Below, piece by piece: positions 10,845-22,319 of a stretch of DNA of 64,000 nucleotides. Location of the stretch: the NCBI GenBank assembly GCA_000002435.2, contig CM018793.1; one strand, written 5' to 3'. Below the pieces are notes generated by a model. It saw nothing but the letters and a program-made list of their open reading frames with translations, searched no databases and was not told where the DNA came from. Position 1 is the first letter of the stretch. Each line of letters begins with the position of its first letter. A program made the position numbers and the translations under genes. This stretch comes from Giardia intestinalis (lineage: Eukaryota).

Positions 10845-13800
10845 TCATTGCGAAGCATATGTAACTACCGAATTAAAGAGGAGCGTTTCTTCACATCCTC
10901 GAAGCAGCTTTGTACACATGTTCGTGAGATCAACTGGCTCGACAGACACCTGTGTCTCCTGAGCCCCCGCTGCAGGCTTCTTTGCTCCTTGTGGCTTCTT
11001 CTCCTGTGCTGTAGGGGGCTTATTTTTCTTTAGACTTTCATCAATCCTTTGCTTTAAGTGGTCCAAGAGATACAACGTAGTTATAGATGCAATAGTAGTA
11101 GGCGAGAATGGAATCTCGTTCATAACTATAATCCTGGGCCCGGAGGAGAGGAGAGATAGTCGCACTCCAAAGTCTGAATCTATAAATTGCAGGCTTGGCG
11201 ACCGAAGCAGCTCGCGCTTAGATCGCATGTTACTGAACTCAAACTCGGAATGTAGGATAGCGATCTTTTTAACAGCAGCAAGTGTCTTTGGTTTAGCAAT
11301 TACTAGCGACGGTTTGAGGAGTAGACGTGGAGCGGCGAACGAACATATGAATGCTAGGCTATCCTCGTTCAGATACTGCATTATCTCATATGGCACGCTC
11401 GTCAGCGGATTGCCGTGATTAAATACACCTCTAAGGAATGGAATCAGATCTGCGAATGCGAGATTCAGCCCACTCGACAATGCAAAGGAAAGGTCGTCGT
11501 GTACATCGATGCTTGCATTGCCCTTATGACACTCTGACGCAAGAATTTCTGGCTCTATCAGCGTCTCCCTATCCTTAAGCCGTGGAACAATCACACGAAT
11601 ACGTCCAAGATCAGAAAATACAATGTTTAAAAGCACCGCATATGGCAAGCAACACATAGAGTAGTCAGATAATATAAGTGTCAGGGAATGAAGCTCTTTG
11701 TCATCTGCAGACTCTGATGTGGAACCTTCATTAAAAGCACAATTGGCTGTTATTTCCTGTGGCAGCGCACTTCTAAGGTTATCACATAGTGATGTAATTA
11801 TCTCGTGGAGAAGATCGCTGGCCTTTTTCAGGTGAGAAGGAATAAATCCATACAACTCTGCTGTACTAACTAACTTGGCTGACGCTATCGTCTTTGGCGA
11901 CATGGCGGATCTTTGAGAGGTTGCGGAAGATAATGGTCGTATGGTCCTCGAGTTAGACTCCATGGGTGCAGAGTCAGTATCGTTTAATACTTTAGTGTTA
12001 GCTACCTCCGACTGTCCTAGCGCAGAACTAGCACGCGAGCGCGCCGATTTGCGTTTGTAATACAGTCGTGACATACCCTTCCTGATTGACTTTAGATAAG
12101 TGAAGAGATTCTTCAGGATGATTGTTTCTCGATCTGGATCCAGTTCTGCCTCCATCCTGCTCAAAACTGTCTGAAGTTGATTGATGACTGCTGCTGGTAC
12201 GTAGTTCCAGTAGGAAGCCATGAGTCTTCGTGCACAACTATACCAGTCTGTGTAGCGTAGTGATGCTTTTGCAACCTCATCACTAAATGAAGAAGACTCC
12301 GATGTTTCTATAGGCCGGATGGTAACAACGTCCTTTTGAATATAGCATATAATTGTCCACTTTACCATGGGATTTAGTTGAAGATAGATGTCGCTGCCAA
12401 TACTGGCACTAGTGGTGATAATCCTAGACTTTTCTGATATGCCCGGGAGGGCTGATTCGATAGCGGTTAAAAGATCATGCTGTAGCTTAAGATAACGGGC
12501 ATCTAAGCTTGTTATTATTGCCGCTACAGGATCCTGGAATAGTGCTGCAAAAATGTGGGCCCTATCCGGCGAAATAGTTAAGAAATCCGGAGACATGTCT
12601 AGAGAACCATCGGGCAAAAGGATTGATGGTGCTACCTGCTGAGTCTTTCCCTTTGAGTCCTTTCCAGACCCTTGTACCGGTGCTGTGGGCGGTCGTTTGT
12701 GAGTGAAAACATACTCGCCGTGGATCCTGAGAAGGTCGTCGTAATGAGGGTCAAAAAGAGTTAGTGACTGCAAGTCCTGAGCTGAAGATGCGGATACTAT
12801 AATTGGACTGGATGTATGTGCACCTATCAGTAGTTTGTGCCCTATAATCGCCCCACTACTCCATACTATATTTGACAATAGATTTGTGGGTCCTACAAAC
12901 TTCTGTGACTGCATGTAGACGATCTGCGAAAGCATCTGCGATTGCACTTCGGTTAGGATACTCGCCCGTGTAAGATAGAGACAACTGTCAGACAACGACG
13001 GGGAGGTTACTGCTCTGCTAAGGCGGCTGCATATCAAATGGTCAAGAACCTCTAGCACAAAGGGAGCGTGGCTATACGAGGCAGAGATAGAAAGCAACGT
13101 CTGAAGAGAGTCATAAAAAAGCATTAATAAACGAAATTCTCTGGTTGAAAATACCAAATCTATCAGACTAGATGTATTATCAGAGTTGGAAGATTGCTGT
13201 GTCTTCTTTTGCGACGTGGATGCACCCTTTTCAGCTGACCCTACAGCTGCGTCGTCCTTCCGAAGAGAAGAGCTATCTAAAATCTCCTGGACAAAGCTAG
13301 GAATGGAACTGTCTGCCTTCGCAAGGCCATTCAGCAGATCAATATATTTTTGAACAGATTCATCGTGACCATTCATAGCAGAATGCAAGTCCAAGGAACT
13401 CAATAGCGCAATACAGATCAGACGGATTGAATAATGTAACGGATTGGGGGGAGGATACACAACGCTCAGGGAAACATCACGCTCTTGGTCATCCGTACTT
13501 GTACATCTCGATGATATAAATTCCCCGATGTTAATCTCATCTAGCAAGCAGACACCTATCTGTGCAGTGACACGCAGAAATTCTTTAAATCCTTGTCTAT
13601 ATAGTCCTGTGAGTGTCGACAGCGCAAAGATAGCTTGTGGAAGACTGTGGACACCGTACGCCGGGGGGAGCGAATCGCCCTTCTTGTCGACAGCCGCGCC
13701 CGACTTTTTGTCAACATTATTTAGATCTGCAAGGAGACCAGGTAGAGCCTCAGTAAACAGCGGTGCTTCCTTACCATAGCGTGCAACAATTGTATCTACA

Positions 13801-16800
13801 AAGGGTATAATGCCTATCTGTGTCTGCTGAAAAGGACCACGAGTCAGAAACAACCTTAGGAGCTGAACAGTGAAATCGGCTGCGTCATTTATCGCAGACC
13901 CTAAATCGGATGTTGCTTTCTTTTTGATGCTGTCGTTACAGGAAGAGTATGCAGGTATCTCGTCCAGGTTTAGGCCAGTAAAGTCTAGCTTACAAAAGCC
14001 AGATGCCAGAAGAGCCTTATTGGATGCAAAAAGCAACGACGGGAGATGAACGCAGAAGCTAGTGGGGTTTCTACAATATTCAACCACACTCATCGAGGTG
14101 GGATCAAACACAAATGAAGACGTCGTTTCTGTTAGCCATCGCGCAACAACATGGTTGGTCACGAGCTTGCTTCCTAAGACAATGTCTTGGATTTGCTCTG
14201 GGATTGTCTCCACAATGAACGCCAAGCGCTCCAAAATGATTGCCTTCAGCAACTCTAATTGCCGTCGTAAAGGACACTCCTTCAGATGAGGGCTACCAAG
14301 AACAAACGAGGGGCCTGTAAGCTTCAGAAGAATGAGGGCAGCCAACTCAAGCCGCTTTCCAGCCATTCCAGCAAGAGACACGTGTACCTTATCCAGGGTG
14401 GTATCGGCAAGAAATTCCATCAGCGAAATGTGTGGTGCCGTCAATAATGCAGCGATTATAAGAATAGAAAGTCGTGCTATTCTTGACTGCTCTACAGGGT
14501 GATCGGATAGATGACCCAAAGCATCCTCCACGAAAGCAATACACTCTATCAGAGAACTGTGGTAGTTGTGAAGCTGACCACTGGTGGGAAGCAGCACTCG
14601 GCTGGGCCTAAGAAACAGAAGAGAGTACTTAGTATAATCAGAGAAGATGTACCCCATGCTCGTGCCCAAAGCCCCTGCTTGCAATAGCTGGATGCTCAAG
14701 GTGCCAATAAAGGCGCCTGCATCGAGAACATCCGGGGGAATCCCTCCTTCGACAACAAGCTTTTCGGAGGTACTAGTTAGGTTGTCGTGCTCGCTGAAGA
14801 AGTGGGCCGCATACTGATTTTCTCGCCAGTAGGCATGGTCGCCATAAACCGCTACCACGTTAGATGCGTGGAGACACTCTAAAATTGTGGATTGAAGCGT
14901 TCTGACCCTCTGAATGACAAGTGAGTCGAAAAGATAACAGCCTGCTCCAACCGCCGTGTAGTCAGAAAGAAATCGCGCACGCTTTTCTCCAAGTTGCCTT
15001 TCTTCTAGGAGAGGTGAACATGGTTTTAGGCTACGCACAGTCGCTAAATGCTTACTCCGAAAGTTGTCTTGTTGTGAAGAGAACCGCTTTGTATGTGAAA
15101 GAAGACGCCAAAGAAAAGCCTGAAAAGACTCCATGTCCGCGCGTGCAAGTAACCGCACCGCAGTGGTGAGGCGCAGATAAATGTCCATCAAGGGGAGGCT
15201 GAGATAGAAAGAGGTGTGGCTTTCATTCTCAGAATCTACTGACAAATGAGGCACATAACTATGAAGGGGACTTTCAAGAGATCGGCTTCTCTTAGTCAAC
15301 TCAGTTGAAACTCTCTCAGTTATGTGTGCAAGCGCTATCCGATAAGTTCTTTCATCCATAAGGAGATCGAGGGCATAGATGGTACATTGCGCTGCCGTTA
15401 CCCGGGATTGGAAGAACTCAATAATTCCTTCTAGAAGAAGACGAGGAGCATGACAGAGCGTGATATATGATGTAAGCTCCTCTTGAAGCGGCTGCAAAGG
15501 TGCTTGTTCACCATTAGTAGATGCCTTTCCACCACACAGCTTATGAAGTGCGTGCTCAAATAACGATACATTCAGATCCTCGGTCCCTATAGGTGTTTCA
15601 TTAAGGATATAACTTCCAACGGAGATGGAGCCCCAAAGGGTTGAGTTGATAGCATATACTAATATCTTTGACTGTATGTGCCTAAGTATCAAGGATCCAG
15701 AGCCGCATCTAGATGACTCTATGGCAAACTTCTCAAAATCTGTAAACAGATTGTTACTGATAACAAACTTATCTAGCTGGGCTGCCAGCAAAGACCACAG
15801 CTGCTCAGTTTCGTAATCTCGTAACCATGCAATGACAAGTTGCAAAGCTACAATCGCTGTGGCAAGGGAGTACCATGTCAATGTGGCGAGATAGGCGCGA
15901 ATCGTTCCTACCAAAGCTACGCCATACATCACCACAATGGAGCCATAGGAGCAGCTCGATAATTGAGAAGTGTTATCAAGAAAGGTATGTTGTCGAAGAA
16001 CCACCATTTCCACATAATCAGAAAGAACAAGTACGCACGTATCAGCATGCGATGGGCCAACCATCGATATCGGCGTGGACAGACGCTGAAACAACTCCTG
16101 CTCCCCCAACACCGTAGATCCTAGTTCAACTTGAGTATTCAACCCTTTTAATAGCTCAAAAAGATACTGCTCTGTATAGGTAGATGGATCGTTTGTATTC
16201 AGCATAGACTCTGTCGACTGCCAACCAGCAGAAATCGCTTGCTTAGTCATAAGTCTGTGATACAGGTACATCACCTGGAGATCCTCATCAGATGGTGGTG
16301 TCAACTTTGATTTACGAACGAGATAAGAAAGGGTAAGGGAGACTGTATCTTCGTTGATAGATGGACGCACAATAGTTTGATCCGCATTGTGCTGATCTGT
16401 AGCCTTTGTCTGCTTACTTCCCTGCTTTGTGGCAGTCGCAGTACGAGAGGCTGGCCTGCTAGTAGGTTGAGATACCACAGGTGCACTATCTTCAGTAAAG
16501 AACGGCTTGGATTCCTTGGAAATTAGCTCTAAAAGGTCAGCATCATGCTCTTCTTCCAGGTAAAGACCCAGTTGAATTAGAACGGAATACTTCAATGCAG
16601 AAAATGCTAGTGAAAACTTTCCGCGTATTTGCGTGTCAGAAAGAGCCTCTAAACGAAGAGAAGTAGTTTCCAGAAGAAAGAGGATGTTTTCTGATAAACG
16701 CGTATACTCATTGGTGCGTACTTCTGGCAACGATAGGAGCAGCTTAATTCCTGCAAAGAGAAGCTTCACCAGTTGAACCTCTGGGAGATTGAGGGACACA

Positions 16801-19800
16801 ATAAATGGTCGTATTTCATCATTGAAGTCTCTAGTAGCCGCTAACAAAACAAGATAATACAGTGACAGCTCGTAAGATGACGCGACCAGAAACATATTTG
16901 CCTGGAAAACGGGAACACACTTAGAATAGCGCGTGTGTAACATGAGAGTTTCTATACATAAAGACACGAGCATCTGCATCCATTGCGTCGGCTGCACCAT
17001 GGTTGTCGGAGGCAGTTGAGTCGCTGCATTGCTGTGCTTCACAACCGGTCCTGTGTGAAGAAACATGTCGTCGACACAAAGTGACAATTGTGTCGTTGCA
17101 GTTTGCCGCAAGAGAAGCTGCTGTCCTGCTGACTCAGACGCATTGGCCACAAGGTCTCTAGTTGCCGCAAGGAGCTCTTTATCCGCAGACAACACATCCA
17201 TAGACTTGATCGTTTGCGAGACAGATGCTCCAGAAGCGGGCGATACCAGTTTATAAAGCTCAAAAAGTCGGTCGGCTATCTCTATGCGGGCTAGCTGCAT
17301 GGCCCGCTTAAAGAGAAGAATGAGCCCAATGGTTATGTCTGCGACACATCTGCTGTACATTGCGGTGCTCACACGTCCAGTTCTATGGCTCTCAACCAAA
17401 AGACTAGCCGTTTCATATGCTGCATCATAAATCTGATGTACTAACTCTGTCGTCTTCGCACCCTCAGGACATATGCTCTGGCTCTCGTAAGGAAAGATGA
17501 CTGTATTAAACCGAGCATATTCAAGGTATGTCTTTGCCGAGCTCAACAGGATATCCACTGGCTCATTACAATTGTCTAGCGCTATATGTTTCGAGGCAAG
17601 CAAAAGGTAAAGATTCTCCAAAAGAGTAAAGACAGAGGTAACAGTTTTAGAGGCGTACAGCTCTGTGGGATAGGTGGAGTTGAATCCAATTGCATAAAGT
17701 GTGGCTGCGCCTAGATAGAGGAGATCATATAAAAGCGTAAACGTAAGAGGGAAAGAATCTTTGAAGGTAGATGTAATCATCGCAGCAGCCTCCGGAAGAG
17801 TGGTCACAGCTTCTACCACGGCTACCTTCTTGTCCCCCTTCTTTGCAACGGACGTACTTGGGGGCCTTTTAACCTCTTCAACTGGTGGGCCATCTACCAA
17901 CACCTGAGTGGTAGGAAGATTGATACATTGCTTGTTCATATCTAGAAATATAGTTAGGCACACTGAGTAAAGCTTTGTCTGGTCCCGGGCATGCTTGAGT
18001 AGGAGATAGGAAAAAGATCCTAAAGCCAAGTAGCAAGATATTTGCAGGGGTGGGTCATTAAGTAGGGGTTGAAGAGTGGGAATCAGTGAAGACAGGCTCG
18101 CTCCTGGGGTACAACCAGAGATAAGTGATTGCTTTTTATCGCCACCTTTATCGGACTTTTCAGGTACTGAGATGCTATCGAAGGCTATCGCATTGATCAC
18201 AATAGACTGAATGACACACATCACATCTGGATGATATGTGAGTGTGTCCCCTTTGATATCGTAACGATAAATAGGTCGTCCGGAGACAAGAGATAAACAT
18301 TGAATGGATTGCTTGTAGATCCTGCTAAAAGTAGAAATAAATGTGCCTAGAGTACCCACCAAAGCAGAAGGTCTATTTTTTCGCGGAAAGAAATCTGGAA
18401 ATAACTCCGTTGTATCAAGAGACAAAGTGATGAACGCGATAGGCAAGTGACAAAAAGAAATTATTGCAGCGCAATCGTCCTGCGATGGTAGCTTCTGTGA
18501 GCGAGGCGTTCTATGACAAGTTGACAAAGCAGCGACCAATAGTGACTCAGAAAAACTGTAGCTGTCGGGATATTGTACTATTCTAGCTGTATTACTTGCA
18601 CCAATTTGGCCAGATTGCTGAGCACCATCTTCAGGTACAGAGGCCGAAACATAAGGCTCAGAGAACAGGAGGACTGTGCAGGAGAGACCTGCCAATCTAG
18701 ACATGGTCATAAAAGAATTACATATGGTCAGATAGTCCTTTGTGAGGACAGCATAGTGATTAGAACTAGCCACATTTGCAGCTTCAGCGTTCGCTGGTTT
18801 TCGCGGAACACCGGTTAAGAGTTCGCAGTATGCTGAATAGTCCGGAGGCAGCTGGTCCTTATCTGAAATGTGGTCCTTCAAATACGCAAAACTACGCTGT
18901 AGAAAGTCAAATCTCTTCTGTACATGAGTAAGCAGTGATTCATATCTGGTATGAAACGATAGGATACCCTCACATAAGTTGTACGGCACGACGATCCTGT
19001 GAACTGAAAACGTTCCTAATATCGGTTGCAGGGCGTTACAGAGAACGTCAGAGAGATGCAGATATGTCCGGGCTATCTTTTGGAGCAGCTCTCTGTTAGA
19101 GGTAGCCAGGTTAAAACGTGAACAATCAAACTGGGATACAGGTGCATCCTTTCCTTTCGCCTTATCCGACGTCACTGCACCAACCATAGCGGGATATAGC
19201 TCAACACCAGACCCCCCTTGCCCCTCCACAAACAGAAGCAACTCATCATAGTGACCAAGAAAAATCCTGAGGAAACCAGAGATGCATGACAATATACAAG
19301 TGATTTCGTGGCATGCAGACTCCGATATGACCTTTCGTATGCTTGGGCTCCGGGGACGCTGTTGCATTTGTGCATCCGTATATTCCTTTGCAATCTTCCA
19401 CACTAGAGGGAGAACCCTTTCTATGGCTACACAGAGACATTCAATGAAAGATGCTGTCGCCAGAAATTGACTCATAGAGAGAGGAAGACAGGAAGTAGGG
19501 GGAATGTGATTGACCAAGATCGCTCTGTGAGCAAGCTCAATAGCAACGTGCAGAATATTAGTAGAAGTAGGATCTGGGTGCGCGATAAGCGACTGTGAAG
19601 TTGCAAACAAAAGAACGTTCAATATCGTAATTCTCATTGCTTTATAGTCAGCATTTAGAGCAGTGTTGGAGGTGTAAAAGAATGCTTCTCGCTCAAGATA
19701 AGGTTCTGGAGATACTAGGTCTATCTGATATGGTAGGGCAGCAGGAGTAGTGTCCTTCTTTGAAAGACTCGCAACTCCACCGTTCTTCACCTTCCCAACT

Positions 19801-20144
19801 GATGGACTTTGAGGTCTGGAATTAATATTATCTACTTTCGGTGGTGTGGGGTCCTTTCCAGTTATCGCATGGAGTATACCGAGCGCAGTATTCTCTATAA
19901 CCTCTGGGTCTGTGACAGTGACAATATTATAAACGTCTGACAGGTAGGCAGAAAGCTTGTAATTGAGTGCACGACCCATGGTACCATTCTCCCTTTCTGT
20001 CTTTAGCCAGGTCGAAAAATTCTCTGGTATATCTGTATATGGGACTGGTACACTCATGGGTTTTTTTAATGTGAGTGCTAAGATCTCAATAGCAAGGATG
20101 CCACATGTCATGCAGATCTGTTTGTTATACCTATCCTTAAACAT
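10845..20144 (-). CDS. Giant hypothetical protein, about 3099 aa, leucine-rich and probably HEAT/ARM-like alpha-solenoid; the track ORF starts at a TTG at 20201 and the first ATG is at 20142-20144
   Basis: Uninterrupted 9.3-kb ORF on the minus strand, convergent with the previous gene; the stops are 14 bp apart. No motif recognised. Confidence 0.65.
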   Translation of the reverse strand: MFKDRYNKQICMTCGILAIEILALTLKKPMSVPVPYTDIPENFSTWLKTERENGTMGRALNYKLSAYLSDVYNIVTVTDPEVIENTALGILHAITGKDPTPPKVDNINSRPQSPSVGKVKNGGVASLSKKDTTPAALPYQIDLVSPEPYLEREAFFYTSNTALNADYKAMRITILNVLLFATSQSLIAHPDPTSTNILHVAIELAHRAILVNHIPPTSCLPLSMSQFLATASFIECLCVAIERVLPLVWKIAKEYTDAQMQQRPRSPSIRKVISESACHEITCILSCISGFLRIFLGHYDELLLFVEGQGGSGVELYPAMVGAVTSDKAKGKDAPVSQFDCSRFNLATSNRELLQKIARTYLHLSDVLCNALQPILGTFSVHRIVVPYNLCEGILSFHTRYESLLTHVQKRFDFLQRSFAYLKDHISDKDQLPPDYSAYCELLTGVPRKPANAEAANVASSNHYAVLTKDYLTICNSFMTMSRLAGLSCTVLLFSEPYVSASVPEDGAQQSGQIGASNTARIVQYPDSYSFSESLLVAALSTCHRTPRSQKLPSQDDCAAIISFCHLPIAFITLSLDTTELFPDFFPRKNRPSALVGTLGTFISTFSRIYKQSIQCLSLVSGRPIYRYDIKGDTLTYHPDVMCVIQSIVINAIAFDSISVPEKSDKGGDKKQSLISGCTPGASLSSLIPTLQPLLNDPPLQISCYLALGSFSYLLLKHARDQTKLYSVCLTIFLDMNKQCINLPTTQVLVDGPPVEEVKRPPSTSVAKKGDKKVAVVEAVTTLPEAAAMITSTFKDSFPLTFTLLYDLLYLGAATLYAIGFNSTYPTELYASKTVTSVFTLLENLYLLLASKHIALDNCNEPVDILLSSAKTYLEYARFNTVIFPYESQSICPEGAKTTELVHQIYDAAYETASLLVESHRTGRVSTAMYSRCVADITIGLILLFKRAMQLARIEIADRLFELYKLVSPASGASVSQTIKSMDVLSADKELLAATRDLVANASESAGQQLLLRQTATTQLSLCVDDMFLHTGPVVKHSNAATQLPPTTMVQPTQWMQMLVSLCIETLMLHTRYSKCVPVFQANMFLVASSYELSLYYLVLLAATRDFNDEIRPFIVSLNLPEVQLVKLLFAGIKLLLSLPEVRTNEYTRLSENILFLLETTSLRLEALSDTQIRGKFSLAFSALKYSVLIQLGLYLEEEHDADLLELISKESKPFFTEDSAPVVSQPTSRPASRTATATKQGSKQTKATDQHNADQTIVRPSINEDTVSLTLSYLVRKSKLTPPSDEDLQVMYLYHRLMTKQAISAGWQSTESMLNTNDPSTYTEQYLFELLKGLNTQVELGSTVLGEQELFQRLSTPISMVGPSHADTCVLVLSDYVEMVVLRQHTFLDNTSQLSSCSYGSIVVMYGVALVGTIRAYLATLTWYSLATAIVALQLVIAWLRDYETEQLWSLLAAQLDKFVISNNLFTDFEKFAIESSRCGSGSLILRHIQSKILVYAINSTLWGSISVGSYILNETPIGTEDLNVSLFEHALHKLCGGKASTNGEQAPLQPLQEELTSYITLCHAPRLLLEGIIEFFQSRVTAAQCTIYALDLLMDERTYRIALAHITERVSTELTKRSRSLESPLHSYVPHLSVDSENESHTSFYLSLPLMDIYLRLTTAVRLLARADMESFQAFLWRLLSHTKRFSSQQDNFRSKHLATVRSLKPCSPLLEERQLGEKRARFLSDYTAVGAGCYLFDSLVIQRVRTLQSTILECLHASNVVAVYGDHAYWRENQYAAHFFSEHDNLTSTSEKLVVEGGIPPDVLDAGAFIGTLSIQLLQAGALGTSMGYIFSDYTKYSLLFLRPSRVLLPTSGQLHNYHSSLIECIAFVEDALGHLSDHPVEQSRIARLSILIIAALLTAPHISLMEFLADTTLDKVHVSLAGMAGKRLELAALILLKLTGPSFVLGSPHLKECPLRRQLELLKAIILERLAFIVETIPEQIQDIVLGSKLVTNHVVARWLTETTSSFVFDPTSMSVVEYCRNPTSFCVHLPSLLFASNKALLASGFCKLDFTGLNLDEIPAYSSCNDSIKKKATSDLGSAINDAADFTVQLLRLFLTRGPFQQTQIGIIPFVDTIVARYGKEAPLFTEALPGLLADLNNVDKKSGAAVDKKGDSLPPAYGVHSLPQAIFALSTLTGLYRQGFKEFLRVTAQIGVCLLDEINIGEFISSRCTSTDDQERDVSLSVVYPPPNPLHYSIRLICIALLSSLDLHSAMNGHDESVQKYIDLLNGLAKADSSIPSFVQEILDSSSLRKDDAAVGSAEKGASTSQKKTQQSSNSDNTSSLIDLVFSTREFRLLMLFYDSLQTLLSISASYSHAPFVLEVLDHLICSRLSRAVTSPSLSDSCLYLTRASILTEVQSQMLSQIVYMQSQKFVGPTNLLSNIVWSSGAIIGHKLLIGAHTSSPIIVSASSAQDLQSLTLFDPHYDDLLRIHGEYVFTHKRPPTAPVQGSGKDSKGKTQQVAPSILLPDGSLDMSPDFLTISPDRAHIFAALFQDPVAAIITSLDARYLKLQHDLLTAIESALPGISEKSRIITTSASIGSDIYLQLNPMVKWTIICYIQKDVVTIRPIETSESSSFSDEVAKASLRYTDWYSCARRLMASYWNYVPAAVINQLQTVLSRMEAELDPDRETIILKNLFTYLKSIRKGMSRLYYKRKSARSRASSALGQSEVANTKVLNDTDSAPMESNSRTIRPLSSATSQRSAMSPKTIASAKLVSTAELYGFIPSHLKKASDLLHEIITSLCDNLRSALPQEITANCAFNEGSTSESADDKELHSLTLILSDYSMCCLPYAVLLNIVFSDLGRIRVIVPRLKDRETLIEPEILASECHKGNASIDVHDDLSFALSSGLNLAFADLIPFLRGVFNHGNPLTSVPYEIMQYLNEDSLAFICSFAAPRLLLKPSLVIAKPKTLAAVKKIAILHSEFEFSNMRSKRELLRSPSLQFIDSDFGVRLSLLSSGPRIIVMNEIPFSPTTIASITTLYLLDHLKQRIDESLKKNKPPTAQEKKPQGAKKPAAGAQETQVSVEPVDLTNMCTKLLRGCEETLLFNSVVTYASQ

Positions 20145-20215
20145 GTCTTCTTTGGAGTCATTTCCGCGGACTCCACCGAAAGGCTTGCCGTGAAAATTCA
20201 AAAATTTAGCGGCAA

Positions 20216-20518
20216 ATGATCCCTCTAATTTTGCCTTGCTCTAATCACCTGACAGAGCCTTTGCCCAAGAAAGACGTTTTCAGCTTTGACTTGGACAGCG
20301 AGCGACTCTTGAGTTTTGGATGCCACGACCAATGCAGTGAAGAGCGAGACAGTCCAGATCTTCAAATTCCGACGAGAATGCTTACTGTTGAGGATACGCG
20401 AGACTATAGCTTATCATACCCTGGAGCCGCGGAATACTTGGAGACTTCCGTATATGATTATGATTTACTCGTGACTTTGGCAACCGACAAATTTAGGAAT
20501 CTAGCGGATTGTCACTAA
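20216..20518 (+). CDS. Small hypothetical ORF (100 aa) in the unusually long region upstream of the giant minus-strand gene
   Basis: ATG-initiated ORF in an otherwise gene-free 390-bp gap. No similarity recognised. It could equally be non-coding 5' flank. Confidence 0.15.
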   Translation: MIPLILPCSNHLTEPLPKKDVFSFDLDSERLLSFGCHDQCSEERDSPDLQIPTRMLTVEDTRDYSLSYPGAAEYLETSVYDYDLLVTLATDKFRNLADCH

Positions 20519-20588
20519 TGCAAGCTCCAGGTCGTGACGCAGACCTTCGCAATCATTCACTTGTTGCTCGATCGGCTGGCCTAAAGCC

Positions 20589-22223
20589 TTACTTTCGAGC
20601 CTCTTCGATCAGGGTTATCGTGGGGCGTGCACAGACAGCGGTCCCCTCTGCAGATTCTGTAGCAATTTGCTGGATTGGCCCTGGGTTTTGGTAATCATCA
20701 TTCATGAGCCAAGTGTCACGGTTTCTTGCTAATAGCTTGTACGGATTGCCATTCAGGTCGGTCATCTGCTTCATAATGACAGGGGTCTTGTGGCCGTGGC
20801 GCATCTCCATGTTCATAAGGCATGTAAGAGGAAGGCCAATAGGAGACCAATCGGCGGGAGGCCTGACAAGGTTGCGAAGAGAGGCCATGTAGCCTGTCTT
20901 TCCATTGCAACCCAAGATTGCTGCAACAGCCCCCAAGCTATAACAAAGGGAGCAGTCGAAGTCGGAGGGCGCAGCACACCTTCCCTCATAGCCAAAGAAG
21001 TGATAGAGCGGAGTAAACTTTGTCTTTGAACCGCGCTCCCTCAGCACTTGCTGCACCCCTGCCCCCAGAAACTTTTCCGTTTCAATCTGAGAGATTGCAA
21101 TGTTACCATGGGGGTCTCTATCAAGAAGCAACTGGGTGCGGATACTGGCGGGAATTGCCATGAAGGTCGTTCTCAGTGGATCTGGAAGCTTAGCCGCCAC
21201 GGCGTCCGCAGTGAGCTCTCCGGTCCAGTGAGGCAGAAGTGTGTTATTGAGGTATGCAAAGAGCTCGTTGTTCTCGGGAATGAACTCAATAAGTCCCTCT
21301 GGAACCAAGCAGACCCCATAGTTCTTGCCACTGTCAGCTCGCTTCGTAACACAATCAGCCAGATATTCAAACAGCTGGCGAGATGTCATTTTCTTACTTA
21401 GGATCTCTTCACCGACGAGGCAGATGTTTGCGTGTGTCTGCAGCCCGCACTCTAGCGTAATATGAGAGGCCGAACGGCCCATAAGCCTGATGAAGTGCCA
21501 ATACTTCTTAGCGCTAAGACAATCATAACATATGTTGCCTATGAGCTCTGCGTAGACTTTCGTAGAGCTATCAAACCCGAAGGAACATTCGATCCCCTTC
21601 GTGGAGTACAGGTCACGGTCGATTGTTTTGGGAACGCCGATTACAGCAGTCTTTAGACCACGCTTGAGAAAGTCCTCGGCGAGGAGGCATGCGTTAGTAT
21701 TGCTGTCGTCTCCCCCAATGATACAAATTATGTCAAGGTTATTGTCCTTTGCAGTTTTGGCGGCTGCATCAAAATCCTCAGGCTTAGCAATCTTGTCGCG
21801 GCCACTCCCGATAGCATGGAAGCCACCCATATTTCTGAAGGGCTCGAGGAACTTCTCCGTGAGCTCAACATACTTGTTAGTCATAAGGCCTTTTGGTCCG
21901 TTCTGGAACCCGAGGAGAACAGACTTGGGGGCGATCTGCTGCAACTTATCATAGAGACCACAGAGCACATTGTGACCACCGGGGGCTTGTCCTCCAGAGA
22001 AGATTACTCCAACCCTCTTTGGCTCAAGGAGCTTCGGTGCACCAGTGTCGGGCTGAATGTCAAGAAGGGGAAGATGCGTGGTCTTCGGGAAGAGCGCCGC
22101 TATATCCTGCTCGTCAGCGACAGGGTGCGTCTTCTCTTCTGTGTGGAGATGATAGCTTGCGCCCTGAATTGCACGAGGAAGCGCTGGCTTGAATTTCCTA
22201 CGGTAAACCTCGAAAGCAGACAT
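20589..22223 (-). CDS. PFK: Pyrophosphate-dependent 6-phosphofructokinase (PPi-PFK)
   Basis: Full PFK-A fold motifs are present: GGDDSNT, the GVPKTIDRD loop and the MGR..SHI region. The length is about 544 aa from [11 protein letters not shown]. The track start is a GTG at 22238, and the first ATG is at 22221-22223. Confidence 0.9.
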
Positions 22224-22319
22224 TTCAAATTGAGCCACACGCTAGCTAATTTTTGACCAGTTAATAAACAGGCAAGGTTTACAGGTGCCCGCAGTTCCAC
22301 CAATTCTATCTCAAACTCT

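Noticed and set aside
20704-22256. Multiple 60-150-aa ORFs overlapping the PFK gene on the opposite strand or in other frames
   Set aside because: They lie inside a strongly supported conserved CDS and have no independent signals. They are spurious.
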